64,000 nt of DNA from Thermodesulfobacteriota bacterium. Its GTDB lineage: Bacteria; Desulfobacterota_D; UBA1144; Nemesobacterales; UBA2774. The translations under genes and the position numbers were made by a program. Positions 18,659-30,326 of the stretch are shown here, piece after piece. The notes beneath the pieces were generated by a model. The model had not been told where the DNA came from and made no database searches. It worked only from the letters and a program-made list of their open reading frames with translations. The stretch lies in NCBI GenBank assembly GCA_965223335.1, contig OZ244991.1, positions 2,016,001 to 2,080,000 of the forward strand, in the 5' to 3' direction. How positions within the stretch are numbered: the stretch's first letter is position 1; each line of letters starts with the position of its first letter.

Positions 18659-21375
18659 CGTCTCATAATGAAATCAATCTCTGTTTCGGTCTCGTCCGGG
18701 GTGACTCCGTACTGTTGGTTTACACCGTAGTCTTTAGGGTAGTATAAGTCTTCGTCGATCTCTTCGCCTACTAGCACGGGGCTCTGGCGCAGGGATTCTA
18801 AAACATTAGTCCTTAAGCTCTCGGTGCTGTAAGGGATGTTGCCATAGGGAGTGCTTACGATTTTTACCCCGCTTGGTTTTTTAAATGTCCCGCCGGGGTA
18901 TTTGTCGAGGGCGTCTTCCATGTAGTCGATCCAAATAGGTAATGCGGCCCTGGACCCGGCTTCTTTTCTGCCCAGCGGTTTGTGATCGTCCCTGCCTATC
19001 CATACCGCTGTGGTGATCTTGGGGCTATAGCCCACAAACCATGCGTCGGTGTAGTCGTTGGTGGTGCCGGTTTTTCCTGCGAGCGGTGCCTTGGACAATA
19101 ACTTCTGTGCCCTGGCACCTGTGCCCTCTGTGATTACGGCTTGCAGCAGGTCGGTCATTATATAAGCGGTTTCGGGGTTGACCTTGTGTTTGTCTTTCTT
19201 TTGGAATGACTTGTGCTCGACTGAATCGGATTTTAGTAGTGCTAAGAACTCTTGGGCATTTAGATACGATTCGTCATTAGCTTCGTTGTTCTCCGTAAAT
19301 TCATCACCTGTGATCTCGCCCTCTTTGAGAAAGTCCTCATTACTCTCTTTCTTTTTAGTGAGTTTCTGGCCTTTCTTGGCTGCCAGCTGCTCGATGATAC
19401 GGAGCCTTTCTTCTTGTCGCTGGGATTTGAGTGCCTCTTCTATAGATACGAATTTTCCGCCTGTGTTGTCTTCTATGATCTTGCCGTCCCTATCATAGAT
19501 ACGCATTATGAATGTGGGTTTTACCAGTTTCCCACCGGTGGCAAAAACGTTATAGGCTGTTACCATCTCGAACATTTTGACGTCTGAGCCACCGAGTGCG
19601 AGTGATGGATAGGGGTTTAAGCGCGATTGATAGCCGAAATTGGCTGCGTATTTAGCTGCGTATTTGGGGCCTATGTCCTGAATCATACGCACACTTGCGA
19701 GGTTGCGTGATTTGGCAAGTGCTTTGCGCAGGAGCATTGCCCCCTGGTAGTTGCCGTCGTAGTTGCTCGGGCTCCAGTCTTTGATCGTAAGCGGGATGTC
19801 GTATACAACAGATGTTTGTGTGTAGCCTTTGTCGAGGGCTGCGGAGTAGACTATGGGCTTAAACGCCGAGCCGGGTTGTCTTAGTGCCTGGGTGGCTCTA
19901 TTGAACTGGGATGTTTTGTAGTCGTAGCCTCCCACGAGCGCTTTCACATGACCGTTTGTATCCATAGACATTAGTGCACCTTGGGTCTTGGGGCTATAAG
20001 CCAGTGTGAATACGTCGTCGCCCCCGCGGTTTTTACCACGGTACTTAACCTCTATGATGTCGCCGACACTTAAGTCGCGGGGTAAGAGGTCTATGCCTTT
20101 GTAGCCGTTTGAGGGAGCCAGTTTTTTCGATACATCGTTTCTAAGCCCCTCTATGGGGGTGCCGTAGGGAAGGCTCTTTGCGTATGCGAGTGTGGCTTCG
20201 TGCTCGCCGATCTTAATAGTTAAATCGATAATCTCTGCTTTTGTGTCGGGGTCTTCGCGTTTTTTTGCGCCGGTAATAGCAGCTTGGTATGTTTCGTTTA
20301 ATAGTAGACCGTCTACCTTTTGTTTCTTTAGGAATGCGTCTATGTATTTTGGGTCACTCAGCTTCTTGGCTACGATGTGTCGACCGTGGCGGCTCTCGAT
20401 CTCGAGGATGCCGCGTCTAAGTGCCCACTGGGCTTCTAGGTTAAGGTCGATGTCTAATGTCGTGAACACTTTGTAGCCGCCCTTTTGGTAGGCATCGTTA
20501 CCCACGCTGTTTTTTAGGTATTTCCTAACATGCTCGACAAAGTAGGGTGCTATCTTGCCGTTTACCCGTTTTTTTGGAAGGATCTGTACTTGGTACTTTC
20601 TGGCCTCGTTTTTTTGCTTGACCGTGATGTAGCCTTCCTGCTCCATTTTTTCGAGTACCAGGCGCTGACGGGCGATGGCTCGGGGGAAATTTTTGCGAGG
20701 TGAATAATATTCCGGCCTCTTTGGGAGCCCGGCCAGCACTGCAGCCTCGGCAACATTAATATCGCGTGCGGATTTGCCGAAGTAATTTTTACTGGCCTGC
20801 TCGACTCCATATGTACCGTCGGCAAGGTATATGTGATTTAGGTAGAGGAATAGTATCTCTTCTTTGCTAAGGTTGTTCTCGATCCTATGTGCCAGGATGG
20901 CTTCTTTGATTTTACGGGAAACACTCTTTTCGGGTGATAGAATAATGTTTTTAACTACTTGTTGTGTGATGGTGCTGGCACCGCGGACCCAGTCGCCCTC
21001 GCGGATGTTTTCGGCCATGGCACCGAATATGCTCCGCAGATCAACGCCCTCGTGTTCAAAGAACCTTTTGTCCTCAACTGCAATAAAGGCATTCTTCACA
21101 TGCTCGGGGATCTCGTCTTGAGGTATTAGGGAACGCCTCTGTGTCGAGAATTCCCCAATCAATGTACCGTCGGAGGAATAGACCTCTGTAATGACATCGG
21201 GTTTGTAGCCGGTAATATCTGTTAAATCGGGTAAATCCTCGGCATAGTATTTGTAACCCGCGTAGATAAATACCCCAGTTGCTAGTACAAATGCTAGCAC
21301 AAGAAACACGAATATCTTAAACAATACGCTTAGGAATGATCTCTTAGCGGGCTTTACGACTTTATTATTTTCCAT
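18655..21375 (-). CDS. mrcA: Class A penicillin-binding protein 1A
   Basis: EDKRFFEHEG, GASTITQQ, RKIKE, SAFK, SRN, KTGT. Confidence 0.93.
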   Translation of the reverse strand: MENNKVVKPAKRSFLSVLFKIFVFLVLAFVLATGVFIYAGYKYYAEDLPDLTDITGYKPDVITEVYSSDGTLIGEFSTQRRSLIPQDEIPEHVKNAFIAVEDKRFFEHEGVDLRSIFGAMAENIREGDWVRGASTITQQVVKNIILSPEKSVSRKIKEAILAHRIENNLSKEEILFLYLNHIYLADGTYGVEQASKNYFGKSARDINVAEAAVLAGLPKRPEYYSPRKNFPRAIARQRLVLEKMEQEGYITVKQKNEARKYQVQILPKKRVNGKIAPYFVEHVRKYLKNSVGNDAYQKGGYKVFTTLDIDLNLEAQWALRRGILEIESRHGRHIVAKKLSDPKYIDAFLKKQKVDGLLLNETYQAAITGAKKREDPDTKAEIIDLTIKIGEHEATLAYAKSLPYGTPIEGLRNDVSKKLAPSNGYKGIDLLPRDLSVGDIIEVKYRGKNRGGDDVFTLAYSPKTQGALMSMDTNGHVKALVGGYDYKTSQFNRATQALRQPGSAFKPIVYSAALDKGYTQTSVVYDIPLTIKDWSPSNYDGNYQGAMLLRKALAKSRNLASVRMIQDIGPKYAAKYAANFGYQSRLNPYPSLALGGSDVKMFEMVTAYNVFATGGKLVKPTFIMRIYDRDGKIIEDNTGGKFVSIEEALKSQRQEERLRIIEQLAAKKGQKLTKKKESNEDFLKEGEITGDEFTENNEANDESYLNAQEFLALLKSDSVEHKSFQKKDKHKVNPETAYIMTDLLQAVITEGTGARAQKLLSKAPLAGKTGTTNDYTDAWFVGYSPKITTAVWIGRDDHKPLGRKEAGSRAALPIWIDYMEDALDKYPGGTFKKPSGVKIVSTPYGNIPYSTESLRTNVLESLRQSPVLVGEEIDEDLYYPKDYGVNQQYGVTPDETETEIDFIMRR

Positions 21376-21501
21376 TTAAGCTATGCTGATGTGGATTTTA
21401 TCCACTACACTTAATATACTTTGTTAACTTTCATTATACCAGAGAGTTCGGCCAGAACATAAAAAATTTTTAAAAACCGGAAAATTTGTTATCATACACT
21501 G

Positions 21502-21711
21502 ATGAACAAAGTAGAGACTGATTCGGCTATTACATTCGATATGTATATACGCACATATCAAGACCAAGAAATAAAGGGGATTCTTTTAAAACTAAAAAAC
21601 GAGATAAGAAAACCCGAAGTCGGTTGGGATGTTGTTCGTGCTTTGCTGGTTGAGGTAAAAGAGAAAAACGAACAGACTTTCATGGAAATATTCCCTCTTA
21701 TACTCGACTGA
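21502..21711 (+). CDS. Small hypothetical protein, 69 aa, probably leaderless
   Basis: Amphipathic helical ORF; TGtTATCAT ends 6 bp before the ATG. Confidence 0.7.
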   Translation: MNKVETDSAITFDMYIRTYQDQEIKGILLKLKNEIRKPEVGWDVVRALLVEVKEKNEQTFMEIFPLILD

Positions 21712-21807
21712 TATAATTGAATAATGTTGCTTGTCGGTTGAAATATTGAACCAAGCATCTAAACTCTATCTTTCCTAAATCTAAAAGAGTCAAATTACTT
21801 TTTTCCA

Positions 21808-22758
21808 ATGTTAATTGATACGAAAGAGCCCGTAGACAGCATTCTTGAATTAATCGGAGACACACCTGTGGTGAGGCTAAACAGTGTGGTCCCCGACACT
21901 GATGCCGATGTGTGGGCAAAGCTCGAGAACCTAAACCCGGCTGGAAGTATTAAGGAGCGCATATGCCTTAGGATGATCGAGGTTGCCGAGGAAAAGGGGC
22001 TTATTGAGCCCGGTAAATCCGTAATAGTCGAGCCGACGAGTGGTAACACAGGCATTGGGCTTGCACTCGTCTGTGCATATAAGGGTTACAAACTAATAGT
22101 TACGATGCCTGAAAACATGAGCATTGAACGCAGGCAAACACTTTCCGCTTATGGGGCCGAGATAGTGCTTACCCCTGCGAAAGAGTATATGCCGGGGGCG
22201 ATAAAAAGAGCAGCTCAGATTGCAGAGGATACTCCAAATTCCTTTATGCCCCAGCAGTTCGCTAATCCGGAGAACCCGCATGCTCATGAATTGACCACCG
22301 GAAAGGAGATCTTGGAGCAGGTTGAGGGCCCTATCGACGCCTATGTAGTGGGTGTGGGTACAGGGGGGACGATCACAGGCGCCGGAGAGGTGTTGCGCAA
22401 GGAGTATCCGGGGATTGAGATTGTGGCTGTGGAGCCCAGTGAATCGGCTGTTTTATCGGGGCAGAACCCGCATCTTCATGGGATTCAGGGCATAGGACCC
22501 GGATTTGTTCCCAAGGTGCTTGATACCTCCATATTTGACCGTATAATAACTGTATCGGTTGAACAGGCAAGGAATTTTGTTCGCGAACTGGCACTTAAAG
22601 AAGGGATATTAGTAGGCATTTCTTCGGGTGCGATAGGCTACGCAGCAACCCAAGTGGCACATGAATTAGGAGAAGGCAAGCAGGTAGTTACTATATTTTG
22701 CGATACAGGGGAACGATATCTGAGCACCGGTTTATTCGGCAAGGGGCAAAACACCTAG
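21808..22758 (+). CDS. cysK: Cysteine synthase A
   Basis: NPAGSIKER (PLP Lys), [21 protein letters not shown]. Confidence 0.95.
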   Translation: MLIDTKEPVDSILELIGDTPVVRLNSVVPDTDADVWAKLENLNPAGSIKERICLRMIEVAEEKGLIEPGKSVIVEPTSGNTGIGLALVCAYKGYKLIVTMPENMSIERRQTLSAYGAEIVLTPAKEYMPGAIKRAAQIAEDTPNSFMPQQFANPENPHAHELTTGKEILEQVEGPIDAYVVGVGTGGTITGAGEVLRKEYPGIEIVAVEPSESAVLSGQNPHLHGIQGIGPGFVPKVLDTSIFDRIITVSVEQARNFVRELALKEGILVGISSGAIGYAATQVAHELGEGKQVVTIFCDTGERYLSTGLFGKGQNT

Positions 22759-22806
22759 AATCTGTGATTTATCCTTTTATCAATAGGGGTTTCGATCCCA
22801 ATTATG

Positions 22807-22835
22807 TTGAAAACATCACACATGTATGATATCAT
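22807..22835 (+). promoter_or_regulatory. Promoter of the ftsH cluster
   Basis: TTGAAA-17-TATCAT with TGn extension. Confidence 0.6.
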
Positions 22836-22883
22836 TTTATAGATATCTGTGTGCGTTAAACTCCATTTAAACAAGGTAATATA

Positions 22884-24776
22884 GTGAGCAGTCAACTTCT
22901 TAAAAACTTGGTATTATGGGCGGTAATATTTGTTGCTATTATAGCTCTTTACCAGCTTGTAAACACACCTAGTACCAGTGTTGCGGAGATACCGTACAGC
23001 GAGTTCTTAGAACGCGTAGAGGACGGGGACGTAAAGAAGGTGGAATTCAAGGGTGAGGAGATAAAGGGCGAGTTTACAAATGCTATCGAGGGTCAGAAAG
23101 ACGGTAGTTTTAAAACCATAGGCCCCGCTAACGAAGAACTAATTAAATCACTTGAATCAAACGGAGTAGAGTTTAATTTTGCAGCGAGCACCGATAGCTC
23201 GCTCACACATCTGCTGTTTAATTGGGCCCCCCTTATTCTACTCATAGTCATTATGGTCATATTTATGCGCCAGCTCCAGGCCGGTGGCACAAAGGCAATG
23301 TCGTTTGGGAAAAACCGCGCGCGTATGTTGTCTGAGAACCAAAACAAGATCACTTTTAAGGATGTTGCGGGCATAGACGAGGCAAAAGAAGAGGTACAGG
23401 AGATAGTCGAATTCTTAAAGAATCCTAAAAAGTTTACAAAGCTCGGCGGCCGCATACCAAAGGGAATACTGTTGGTTGGACCACCGGGTACGGGTAAAAC
23501 ACTGTTAGCGAAGGCGATAGCCGGGGAAGCGGGTGTCCCGTTCTTTATCATTAGCGGCAGTGATTTTGTAGAGATGTTTGTGGGTGTGGGAGCATCAAGG
23601 GTAAGAGACCTGTTTGTACAGGCCAAGCGACATGCTCCATGCATCATATTTGTAGATGAACTGGACGCTGTCGGCAGACACAGGGGTGCTGGGCTTGGCG
23701 GCGGACATGATGAGAGGGAACAGACACTTAACCAGCTGCTTGTGGAGATGGACGGTTTTGAGTCGAACGAGGGGATCATAGTGATGGCCGCAACGAACAG
23801 GCCTGATGTACTTGACCCCGCATTGCTTCGTCCCGGAAGGTTTGACCGCCAGGTCGTAGTACCTCGCCCGGACGTCAGGGGTCGCGAAGAGATACTCAAG
23901 GTCCACTCTAAGAACACACCCATGGAAGAGGATGTGGAGCTATCGGTCATAGCCAGATCCACACCCGGGTTCTCAGGAGCAGATCTCGAGAACCTGGTAA
24001 ATGAATCTGCGCTCCACGCTGCCAGGTTTGGCAGGGCTAAGATATCTATGGATGACTTTGAGTATGCAAAGGACAAGGTCATCATGGGTGTGGAGAGAAA
24101 GAGCCTCATCATAAGCGATAAGGAACGCAAGATTACTGCGTACCACGAGGCGGGCCATGCGCTTGTGGCCAAACTCACTCCCGGTACGGACCCCATTCAC
24201 AAGGTGACTATAGTGCCGCGCGGTATGGCGCTGGGTGTGACACAGCAGCTGCCTATAGAGGATAAATACACTCTGTCCCGTTCTAGCTTAAACGCAACGA
24301 TTATGGTTCTTTTAGGTGGTAGAGCGGCGGAAGAGATTATCTTTAACGAGAGGACCAGCGGGGCCGGCAACGACCTAGAGCGTGTCACAGAGCTTGCACG
24401 CAAGATGGTATGCGAGTGGGGAATGAGTGAGAAAGTTGGTCCCATTACCTTTGGTAAGGGTGATGAGCAGATATTTTTGGGTAAAGAGATCTCACGCCCC
24501 AAAGACTATAGCGAAGAAACGGCGCTTGATATAGACAGCGAGATCAAGAGGATCATTAACGACAACTACACAAAAGCAAAGACATCACTGGAAGACAACA
24601 TCGAGCTGCTGCACAAAGTTGCCGATGTGTTGTTGGACAAAGAAGTTATAGACGGTAAGGAATTGGAACAGATAGTAAAGAGTTATCAGAACCCTGAGGA
24701 TTCTTCTTGGGAAAGCCCTCTTAGTGTGAAGGAATCGGTTGCCCTTAGGAATAATAACGATATTAAGTGTACATAG
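22884..24776 (+). CDS. ftsH: ATP-dependent zinc metalloprotease FtsH
   Basis: Two TMs, [22 protein letters not shown]. Confidence 0.98.
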   Translation: MSSQLLKNLVLWAVIFVAIIALYQLVNTPSTSVAEIPYSEFLERVEDGDVKKVEFKGEEIKGEFTNAIEGQKDGSFKTIGPANEELIKSLESNGVEFNFAASTDSSLTHLLFNWAPLILLIVIMVIFMRQLQAGGTKAMSFGKNRARMLSENQNKITFKDVAGIDEAKEEVQEIVEFLKNPKKFTKLGGRIPKGILLVGPPGTGKTLLAKAIAGEAGVPFFIISGSDFVEMFVGVGASRVRDLFVQAKRHAPCIIFVDELDAVGRHRGAGLGGGHDEREQTLNQLLVEMDGFESNEGIIVMAATNRPDVLDPALLRPGRFDRQVVVPRPDVRGREEILKVHSKNTPMEEDVELSVIARSTPGFSGADLENLVNESALHAARFGRAKISMDDFEYAKDKVIMGVERKSLIISDKERKITAYHEAGHALVAKLTPGTDPIHKVTIVPRGMALGVTQQLPIEDKYTLSRSSLNATIMVLLGGRAAEEIIFNERTSGAGNDLERVTELARKMVCEWGMSEKVGPITFGKGDEQIFLGKEISRPKDYSEETALDIDSEIKRIINDNYTKAKTSLEDNIELLHKVADVLLDKEVIDGKELEQIVKSYQNPEDSSWESPLSVKESVALRNNNDIKCT

Positions 24777-24889
24777 TACATATGGGCAATACTCATAGAG
24801 TTTTATATACCGAGTTAATAAGTAAGTAAAGTAAGATAGAGTAAGAATATTTTAGTCTAACTCGTACGTATTATTGTATATTGGGCAGC

Positions 24890-25813
24890 ATGGCCGATCA
24901 TATAACTCTAGACAATATTAAAGACCATACTATTTCGGACACCACTGCTTTAACGTCACCAAAAACAATACGAAAAGAATTCATCTGCGGATCTAAGTCT
25001 TTTGACCTCGGACTGCGTACCTATATTATGGGCGTGCTCAACATTACACCCGACTCGTTTTACGACGGGGGTCAATACCTGGATCCGGGTGCTGCTCTAA
25101 GACGTGTGGCGCAGATGGTGGAGGAAGGTGCCGATGTTGTAGACGTCGGGGGCGAATCTACGAGGCCGGGCTCACAGGGGGTTTCGCTTGATGAGGAGTT
25201 AGGGCGTGTCATCCCGGTAATAGATGCCATCATAAAAGAGTTTGACATCGCGGTGTCTGTAGATACCACTAAATCCCAAGTAGCCAAAGCGGCATTGGAT
25301 GCGGGTGCCTCCATTGTAAACGATATCGGGGGGCTTAGGTTTGACCCCGAGATTGCAAGGGTTGTTGCCGCAAGTGATGCGGGCCTTGTAGTTATGCATA
25401 CCCCGTCGAGGCCACACGATATGCAGGAAAACACCGAGTACCACTCTCTACTGCAAGATGTTATAGATGCTCTGCGCAACTCAGTTGATGTTGCAAAGTC
25501 CCGGGGGGTTAGGCCCGAGAGCATAGTTGTTGATCCGGGTTTCGGGTTTGGTAAAACCACGGCACAGAACCTGTTGCTTCTTAAGAGTCTTAGCAGTTTT
25601 TCTGTATTGAATAAGCCCGTGCTCATCGGTACTTCTAACAAGAGCTTTATAGGAGATGTGCTTGAGATGGGTGTGGAGGAGAGACTCGAGGGTACTGCTG
25701 CGACTGTAGCGCTGGGTGTCTTGGGCGGTGCATCATTTGTGCGTGTCCATGACGTTAAGACTATGAAACGGATTGTGCGTATGGTGGAAGCTGTGTTGGC
25801 CGCGGGGAACTAG
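24890..25813 (+). CDS. folP: Dihydropteroate synthase
   Basis: MGVLNITPDSFYDGG, GGESTRPG, DPGFGFGK, RVHDV. Confidence 0.96.
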   Translation: MADHITLDNIKDHTISDTTALTSPKTIRKEFICGSKSFDLGLRTYIMGVLNITPDSFYDGGQYLDPGAALRRVAQMVEEGADVVDVGGESTRPGSQGVSLDEELGRVIPVIDAIIKEFDIAVSVDTTKSQVAKAALDAGASIVNDIGGLRFDPEIARVVAASDAGLVVMHTPSRPHDMQENTEYHSLLQDVIDALRNSVDVAKSRGVRPESIVVDPGFGFGKTTAQNLLLLKSLSSFSVLNKPVLIGTSNKSFIGDVLEMGVEERLEGTAATVALGVLGGASFVRVHDVKTMKRIVRMVEAVLAAGN

Positions 25814-25855
25814 ATAGCTGTATTTTAAAATGTAGTGTAGGAGCTCTAAAATAGA

Positions 25856-26677
25856 ATGTTTGACGCAATTTTAAACTTTAGATATATATGGGATACACTG
25901 GATATACTGCTTGTAGCAGTTGTGCTCTACTACATTTTGACAATCATTGAGGGCACACGAGCTGTGCAGGTGCTCTTGGGTTTGTTGCTGTTGCTATTGC
26001 TCTATTTCTTTTCCCAAAGGGGTCTTTATACGCTTAACTGGATACTGGGGCAGTTCCTGGGGTCGATCATAATAATTGCGGTGATCCTTTTTCAAAGTGA
26101 TATAAGGCGCGCGTTGGCGGCTATTGGGCGAAGGCCCTTTCTGTTGAAGATTCAGATGGGAAGAGCACAGCAGCAGTACGTCGAAGAGGTCGTGAAAGCT
26201 GTGAGCTACCTTGCGAATCGCCAGATTGGGGCCATTATTGCGATCGAAAGGAGTAACAGCCTTGCAGACTTTGTAGAGATTGGTATGAGAGTCGACGCTC
26301 TAGTGTCTAGGGAGCTAATAATAAGCATTTTTAATCCCGCATCGCCTCTCCACGACGGCGGGGTCATCATAGGCAGCGACCGAATTCTTTCCGCAGGTTC
26401 GTTTTTCCCACTCGTTACGGACCCTGATCTGGAAAGGGAACTGGGCACAAGACACCGAGCGGGTATAGGGCTTTCTGCAGAGACAGATGCACTGGTCGTA
26501 ATAGTGTCTGAGGAAACAGGCACAATCTCTCTTGCAGTGGGTGGTGATATCACAAGGTCACTCGATGCGACAACACTTAGAAACCTGCTTTTGGATGAGC
26601 TGGGAATGAAGAAATCGAAACCGGAGACCCAGGCCATTATAAGCGAGAAGACTCTTCAGCAAGAGGAGACAGATTAA
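25856..26677 (+). CDS. cdaA: Diadenylate cyclase CdaA/DacA
   Basis: Three N-terminal TMs, PLHDGG, GTRHRA, SEETG. Confidence 0.94.
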   Translation: MFDAILNFRYIWDTLDILLVAVVLYYILTIIEGTRAVQVLLGLLLLLLLYFFSQRGLYTLNWILGQFLGSIIIIAVILFQSDIRRALAAIGRRPFLLKIQMGRAQQQYVEEVVKAVSYLANRQIGAIIAIERSNSLADFVEIGMRVDALVSRELIISIFNPASPLHDGGVIIGSDRILSAGSFFPLVTDPDLERELGTRHRAGIGLSAETDALVVIVSEETGTISLAVGGDITRSLDATTLRNLLLDELGMKKSKPETQAIISEKTLQQEETD

Positions 26678-26698
26678 TAAAACTATCGAGAGAGCACA

Positions 26699-27679
26699 AT
26701 GGTTGACTGGCTGCGTAAATCAAACAACCCAAATCAATCCGGGGGAGATCAATCAAACCCCTTGGTAAAAAACATCGGGAAAAAGGTCCTTGCCCTTTTT
26801 ATAGCCATAGCATTTTGGCTGGCAGCAAACGTGCAGGGCGATGTGGAGCGAAACCTTACAATCGATATAGACTACTCAAACCTCCCTCGGGGTCTAGTTG
26901 TAGTAAACCGCCCTCCTGAGAAGCTTAATCTGCGTGTGCGCGGACCCCGGAGCCAGCTCTCATCGGTCTCGTCGCAAAACATATTCTTCACCATTGATCT
27001 TGCGAATGTGACGGAGGGGATGTCTAAATTCGAGATCCAGACCGACCAGATAAACCTGCCCGGGGATGTACAGGTGACGGGGCTTAGCCCGGCCGAGATA
27101 AAGGTGGATGTAGATAAACTGAGACAGAAAGAAGTGCCGATAAAAGTCGTGTTTGACCCTCCCGAGGTCGGATTCGAGATATTGGGGAAACCTGAGGTAG
27201 TACCAAATAAAGTAAGGATCGAGGGGCCTGAGGACACGATTAAGAGAGTAAATTCGATCTCTACAGACGTTGTGTCCTCAAAGAGGGAGAAATCGACGTT
27301 TACTATGGAGATACCGCTTAAGGTGCCCTACCCTGATGTTGAACTGGTGGACACTGAAACCGCCAAAGTGACGATCGATATTAAAGAGAAAACACTTGAG
27401 AAAGAGTTTAAGGACCTAAACATTAATTTTGTGAATTTCAATGAGCTAGATTTTGAAACAAAAAGCAGTGTCGAGGGTGAACTTTCGTTTGAAGGGCCTT
27501 ATAATATTATAAGCAAACTAAACAGCGAAGATATAAAGCTGGTTGTGGATGGTAAAAAGATAAAAGACGGTAAGACCAGCAAGGTGCACACGCTGGATGT
27601 AAACGTGAGCTACCCTCATAAAGATATGCTTAAGCTAAAACATCAGTATCCAAAGACCGTAGAGATTAAACTAAACTAG
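26699..27679 (+). CDS. cdaR: CdaR/YbbR-like protein
   Basis: Single TM, YbbR-like repeats (VRGP, IEGP), lies between cdaA and glmM. Confidence 0.85.
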   Translation: MVDWLRKSNNPNQSGGDQSNPLVKNIGKKVLALFIAIAFWLAANVQGDVERNLTIDIDYSNLPRGLVVVNRPPEKLNLRVRGPRSQLSSVSSQNIFFTIDLANVTEGMSKFEIQTDQINLPGDVQVTGLSPAEIKVDVDKLRQKEVPIKVVFDPPEVGFEILGKPEVVPNKVRIEGPEDTIKRVNSISTDVVSSKREKSTFTMEIPLKVPYPDVELVDTETAKVTIDIKEKTLEKEFKDLNINFVNFNELDFETKSSVEGELSFEGPYNIISKLNSEDIKLVVDGKKIKDGKTSKVHTLDVNVSYPHKDMLKLKHQYPKTVEIKLN

Positions 27680-27697
27680 AATCGGGAACACGCACAA

Positions 27698-29068
27698 TTG
27701 CAGCAGAAAATAAAACGCCTATTTGGTACAGACGGTATAAGGGGTATTGCTAATAACTACCCTATGACACCCGAGCTTACTACAAAGCTCGGAAAAGCCC
27801 TTACATATACTCTGCAGAAGGAAAAGAGCGACAGGTCGAGGCTTAAGATCGTAATTGGCAAAGATACCAGGCTCTCGGGCTATATGTTTGAGCAGGCGCT
27901 GGCTGCGGGTATAGGATCTATGGGTGCCGATGTGCTGTTGGTGGGTCCTTTGCCGACACCTGCCATAGCATTTATAACATCGAGCATGAGGGCAGATGCA
28001 GGTGTTGTGATATCTGCATCGCATAACCCTTATAACGATAACGGTATAAAAATATTTGATAACGAGGGCTTTAAACTCCCCGATGCCAAAGAGATCGAGA
28101 TCGAGGAGATAATTGCCTCGGATACCACAGATGAGTTTGGGGCAGAGCCCGAGGATATTGGGAAGGCCTATAGGGTTGAGGACGCGCAGGGACGGTATGT
28201 TGTGTTTGCTAAAAACTCGTTCTCGCGCGAAATGACGCTAGACGGCTTTAGGATTGTGCTTGACTGTGCTAACGGTGCTGCATACAGGGTTGCCCCCACG
28301 GTCTTTAGTGAACTGGGTGCGGAGGTCGTAGCAATAGGTACGACACCTGACGGAAAAAACATAAATCAGGACTGCGGCTCGCTTAACCCCGAGTTGATGA
28401 AGCAACGGGTGTTGGCTGAGAAAGCCGACCTTGGCATTGCCCTTGACGGGGATGCGGACAGGGTAATATTTTGTGACGAGAACGGTAATGAGGTAGACGG
28501 TGACAAGATCATAGCGATTTGTGCGGAGGAGATGATTGCCACTGCTACGCTTAGGGGCCCTGTGGTGACCACAGAGATGAGCAACGTAGCGCTTGAGAAC
28601 TTTATTGCCAAAAAGGGTGTCGAGTTTGTAAGAACGAGTGTGGGAGACAGGTATGTTGTGGAGGAGATGAGGAAACGCGGCAGCAACCTTGGCGGAGAGA
28701 AATCGGGACATATAATATTCCTCGACCATACCACAACAGGTGACGGCACACTTGCAGCACTCCAGGTGCTTGCAATAATGAAGAAAAAGGATAAAAAACT
28801 ATCGGAACTCGCCCAGATAATTGACCTATACCCCCAGATCCTTTTAAACGTTAATGTGAAGGAGAAAAGGGACTTCGGAAACATTGGCGGCTTGAGTGAT
28901 TTGCTGGTATCATCCGAACACAAGCTTGAGGGCAACGGCAGGATAAACCTGCGTTACTCGGGTACCGAGCCCATCTCTAGGGTGATGGTAGAGGGTGAGA
29001 ACGACGACCTGATTACAGAGATTGCAGAGGATATTGCAGGATTAATACAAAGAGAGATCGGAGCATAG
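27698..29068 (+). CDS. glmM: Phosphoglucosamine mutase
   Basis: LFGTDGIRG, SASHN, DGDADR, RYSGTEP. Confidence 0.96.
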   Translation: MQQKIKRLFGTDGIRGIANNYPMTPELTTKLGKALTYTLQKEKSDRSRLKIVIGKDTRLSGYMFEQALAAGIGSMGADVLLVGPLPTPAIAFITSSMRADAGVVISASHNPYNDNGIKIFDNEGFKLPDAKEIEIEEIIASDTTDEFGAEPEDIGKAYRVEDAQGRYVVFAKNSFSREMTLDGFRIVLDCANGAAYRVAPTVFSELGAEVVAIGTTPDGKNINQDCGSLNPELMKQRVLAEKADLGIALDGDADRVIFCDENGNEVDGDKIIAICAEEMIATATLRGPVVTTEMSNVALENFIAKKGVEFVRTSVGDRYVVEEMRKRGSNLGGEKSGHIIFLDHTTTGDGTLAALQVLAIMKKKDKKLSELAQIIDLYPQILLNVNVKEKRDFGNIGGLSDLLVSSEHKLEGNGRINLRYSGTEPISRVMVEGENDDLITEIAEDIAGLIQREIGA

Positions 29069-29071
29069 CAT

Positions 29072-29797
29072 TTGCCTAGATTGTGTGTCAATGTAGATCA
29101 TGTGGCGACTATACGGCAGGCTCGTGGTATAGATGAGCCCGACCCTGTGGGGGCCGCGTACTTAGCTGAGCTCGCAGGTGCCGAGGGCATCGTAGTGCAC
29201 TTGCGTGAGGACCGCCGCCACATCCAGGACAGGGATGTACGGATCTTGCGGGATACGGTTAAGACTAAACTTAACCTCGAGATGGCGGCGACGAAAGAGA
29301 TGGTAAAGATCGCTAAGGATATAGCCCCCGATATGGTAACGCTTGTGCCTGAGAAGCGTGAAGAGCTGACCACAGAGGGTGGACTTGATGTGTTTGGTAA
29401 TATGGAGCGTATTAAACAGGTAACAGAGGATTTATTTACTAAAGGTATACCAGTCAGCCTTTTTATCGATCCTGATGAAAAGCAAGTTGATGCCTCAGTT
29501 GAGGTTGGTGTAGAGATGGTTGAGATACATACGGGTACATATGCGGAGGCAGGTTCAGAAAAAGCCAAGAATTTCGAGCTTAAAAAAATTGAGAGTGCTG
29601 TGAAGCATGCTTATGGTAGCGGGCTCCGTGTGGGGGCCGGGCATGGCCTCGACTATTTTGATACCCCGGCGGTGGCAAAGATCGAGCATATAGAGGAACT
29701 AAACATAGGGCACGGGATTATTTCGCGGGCTGTTCTAGTTGGTATGGAGACGGCTGTTAGAGATATGGTTGCTTTATGTAAACAAGACTCAAGATAA
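29072..29797 (+). CDS. pdxJ: Pyridoxine 5'-phosphate synthase
   Basis: [31 protein letters not shown]. Confidence 0.97.
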   Translation: MPRLCVNVDHVATIRQARGIDEPDPVGAAYLAELAGAEGIVVHLREDRRHIQDRDVRILRDTVKTKLNLEMAATKEMVKIAKDIAPDMVTLVPEKREELTTEGGLDVFGNMERIKQVTEDLFTKGIPVSLFIDPDEKQVDASVEVGVEMVEIHTGTYAEAGSEKAKNFELKKIESAVKHAYGSGLRVGAGHGLDYFDTPAVAKIEHIEELNIGHGIISRAVLVGMETAVRDMVALCKQDSR

Positions 29798-30268
29798 TTT
29801 GCTCGAATCCCTACACTTTTCACATTTCCCATAAATCTCTAACCTGTGGTTGGTAACGTCAAAGTTATTTAGCTTTGCGATCTGTTTTAGGCAGTTTTCA
29901 ATCTGAATATTTGCAAATTCTATAATAGTGCCACAGTTATTGCAAATGATATGATGATGGTGCTCACCCTCAAACTTAATCGGTTCATAGCGGGCTTTAC
30001 CGTCACCGAAGTTCCTCTCTGTGGCTATCCCGCATTCCCTAAACAGCTTCAAAGTCCTGTATACAGTAGCAAATCCGATTGTGGGATGGAGGGTTTTTAT
30101 GTCTTCATAAAGCTCTTCAACTGTTACATGTTTACCTATGTAATCATTGAAGAATTGCTCAAATATTATATCTCTTTGCTTTGTGGATTTGAGCTGTTTC
30201 TTGGATATGAATTCGTTAAAAGCCTGTTTTCTATTTGAGTTAGTTTTTGTTCTTGTTGTGATAGCCAT
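29789..30268 (-). CDS. fur: Fur-family metalloregulator
   Basis: [22 protein letters not shown]; start taken at MAITT. Confidence 0.9.
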   Translation of the reverse strand: MAITTRTKTNSNRKQAFNEFISKKQLKSTKQRDIIFEQFFNDYIGKHVTVEELYEDIKTLHPTIGFATVYRTLKLFRECGIATERNFGDGKARYEPIKFEGEHHHHIICNNCGTIIEFANIQIENCLKQIAKLNNFDVTNHRLEIYGKCEKCRDSSKLS

Positions 30269-30277
30269 GGCATTTGC

Positions 30278-30326
30278 GATAATGAATATTATTATCAATT
30301 GTAACCTAATCTAAAAATTATATCAA
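30278..30326 (-). promoter_or_regulatory. fur promoter with an adjacent Fur box
   Basis: Minus-strand TTGATA-17-TACAAT (30326-30298); GATAATGAATATTATTATC (30278-30296) matches the 19-bp Fur consensus at 16/19. Confidence 0.75.

Noticed and set aside
24819..24846. AGTAA(G) short repeats between ftsH and folP
   Set aside because: Short low-complexity AT-rich sequence with no regular period.
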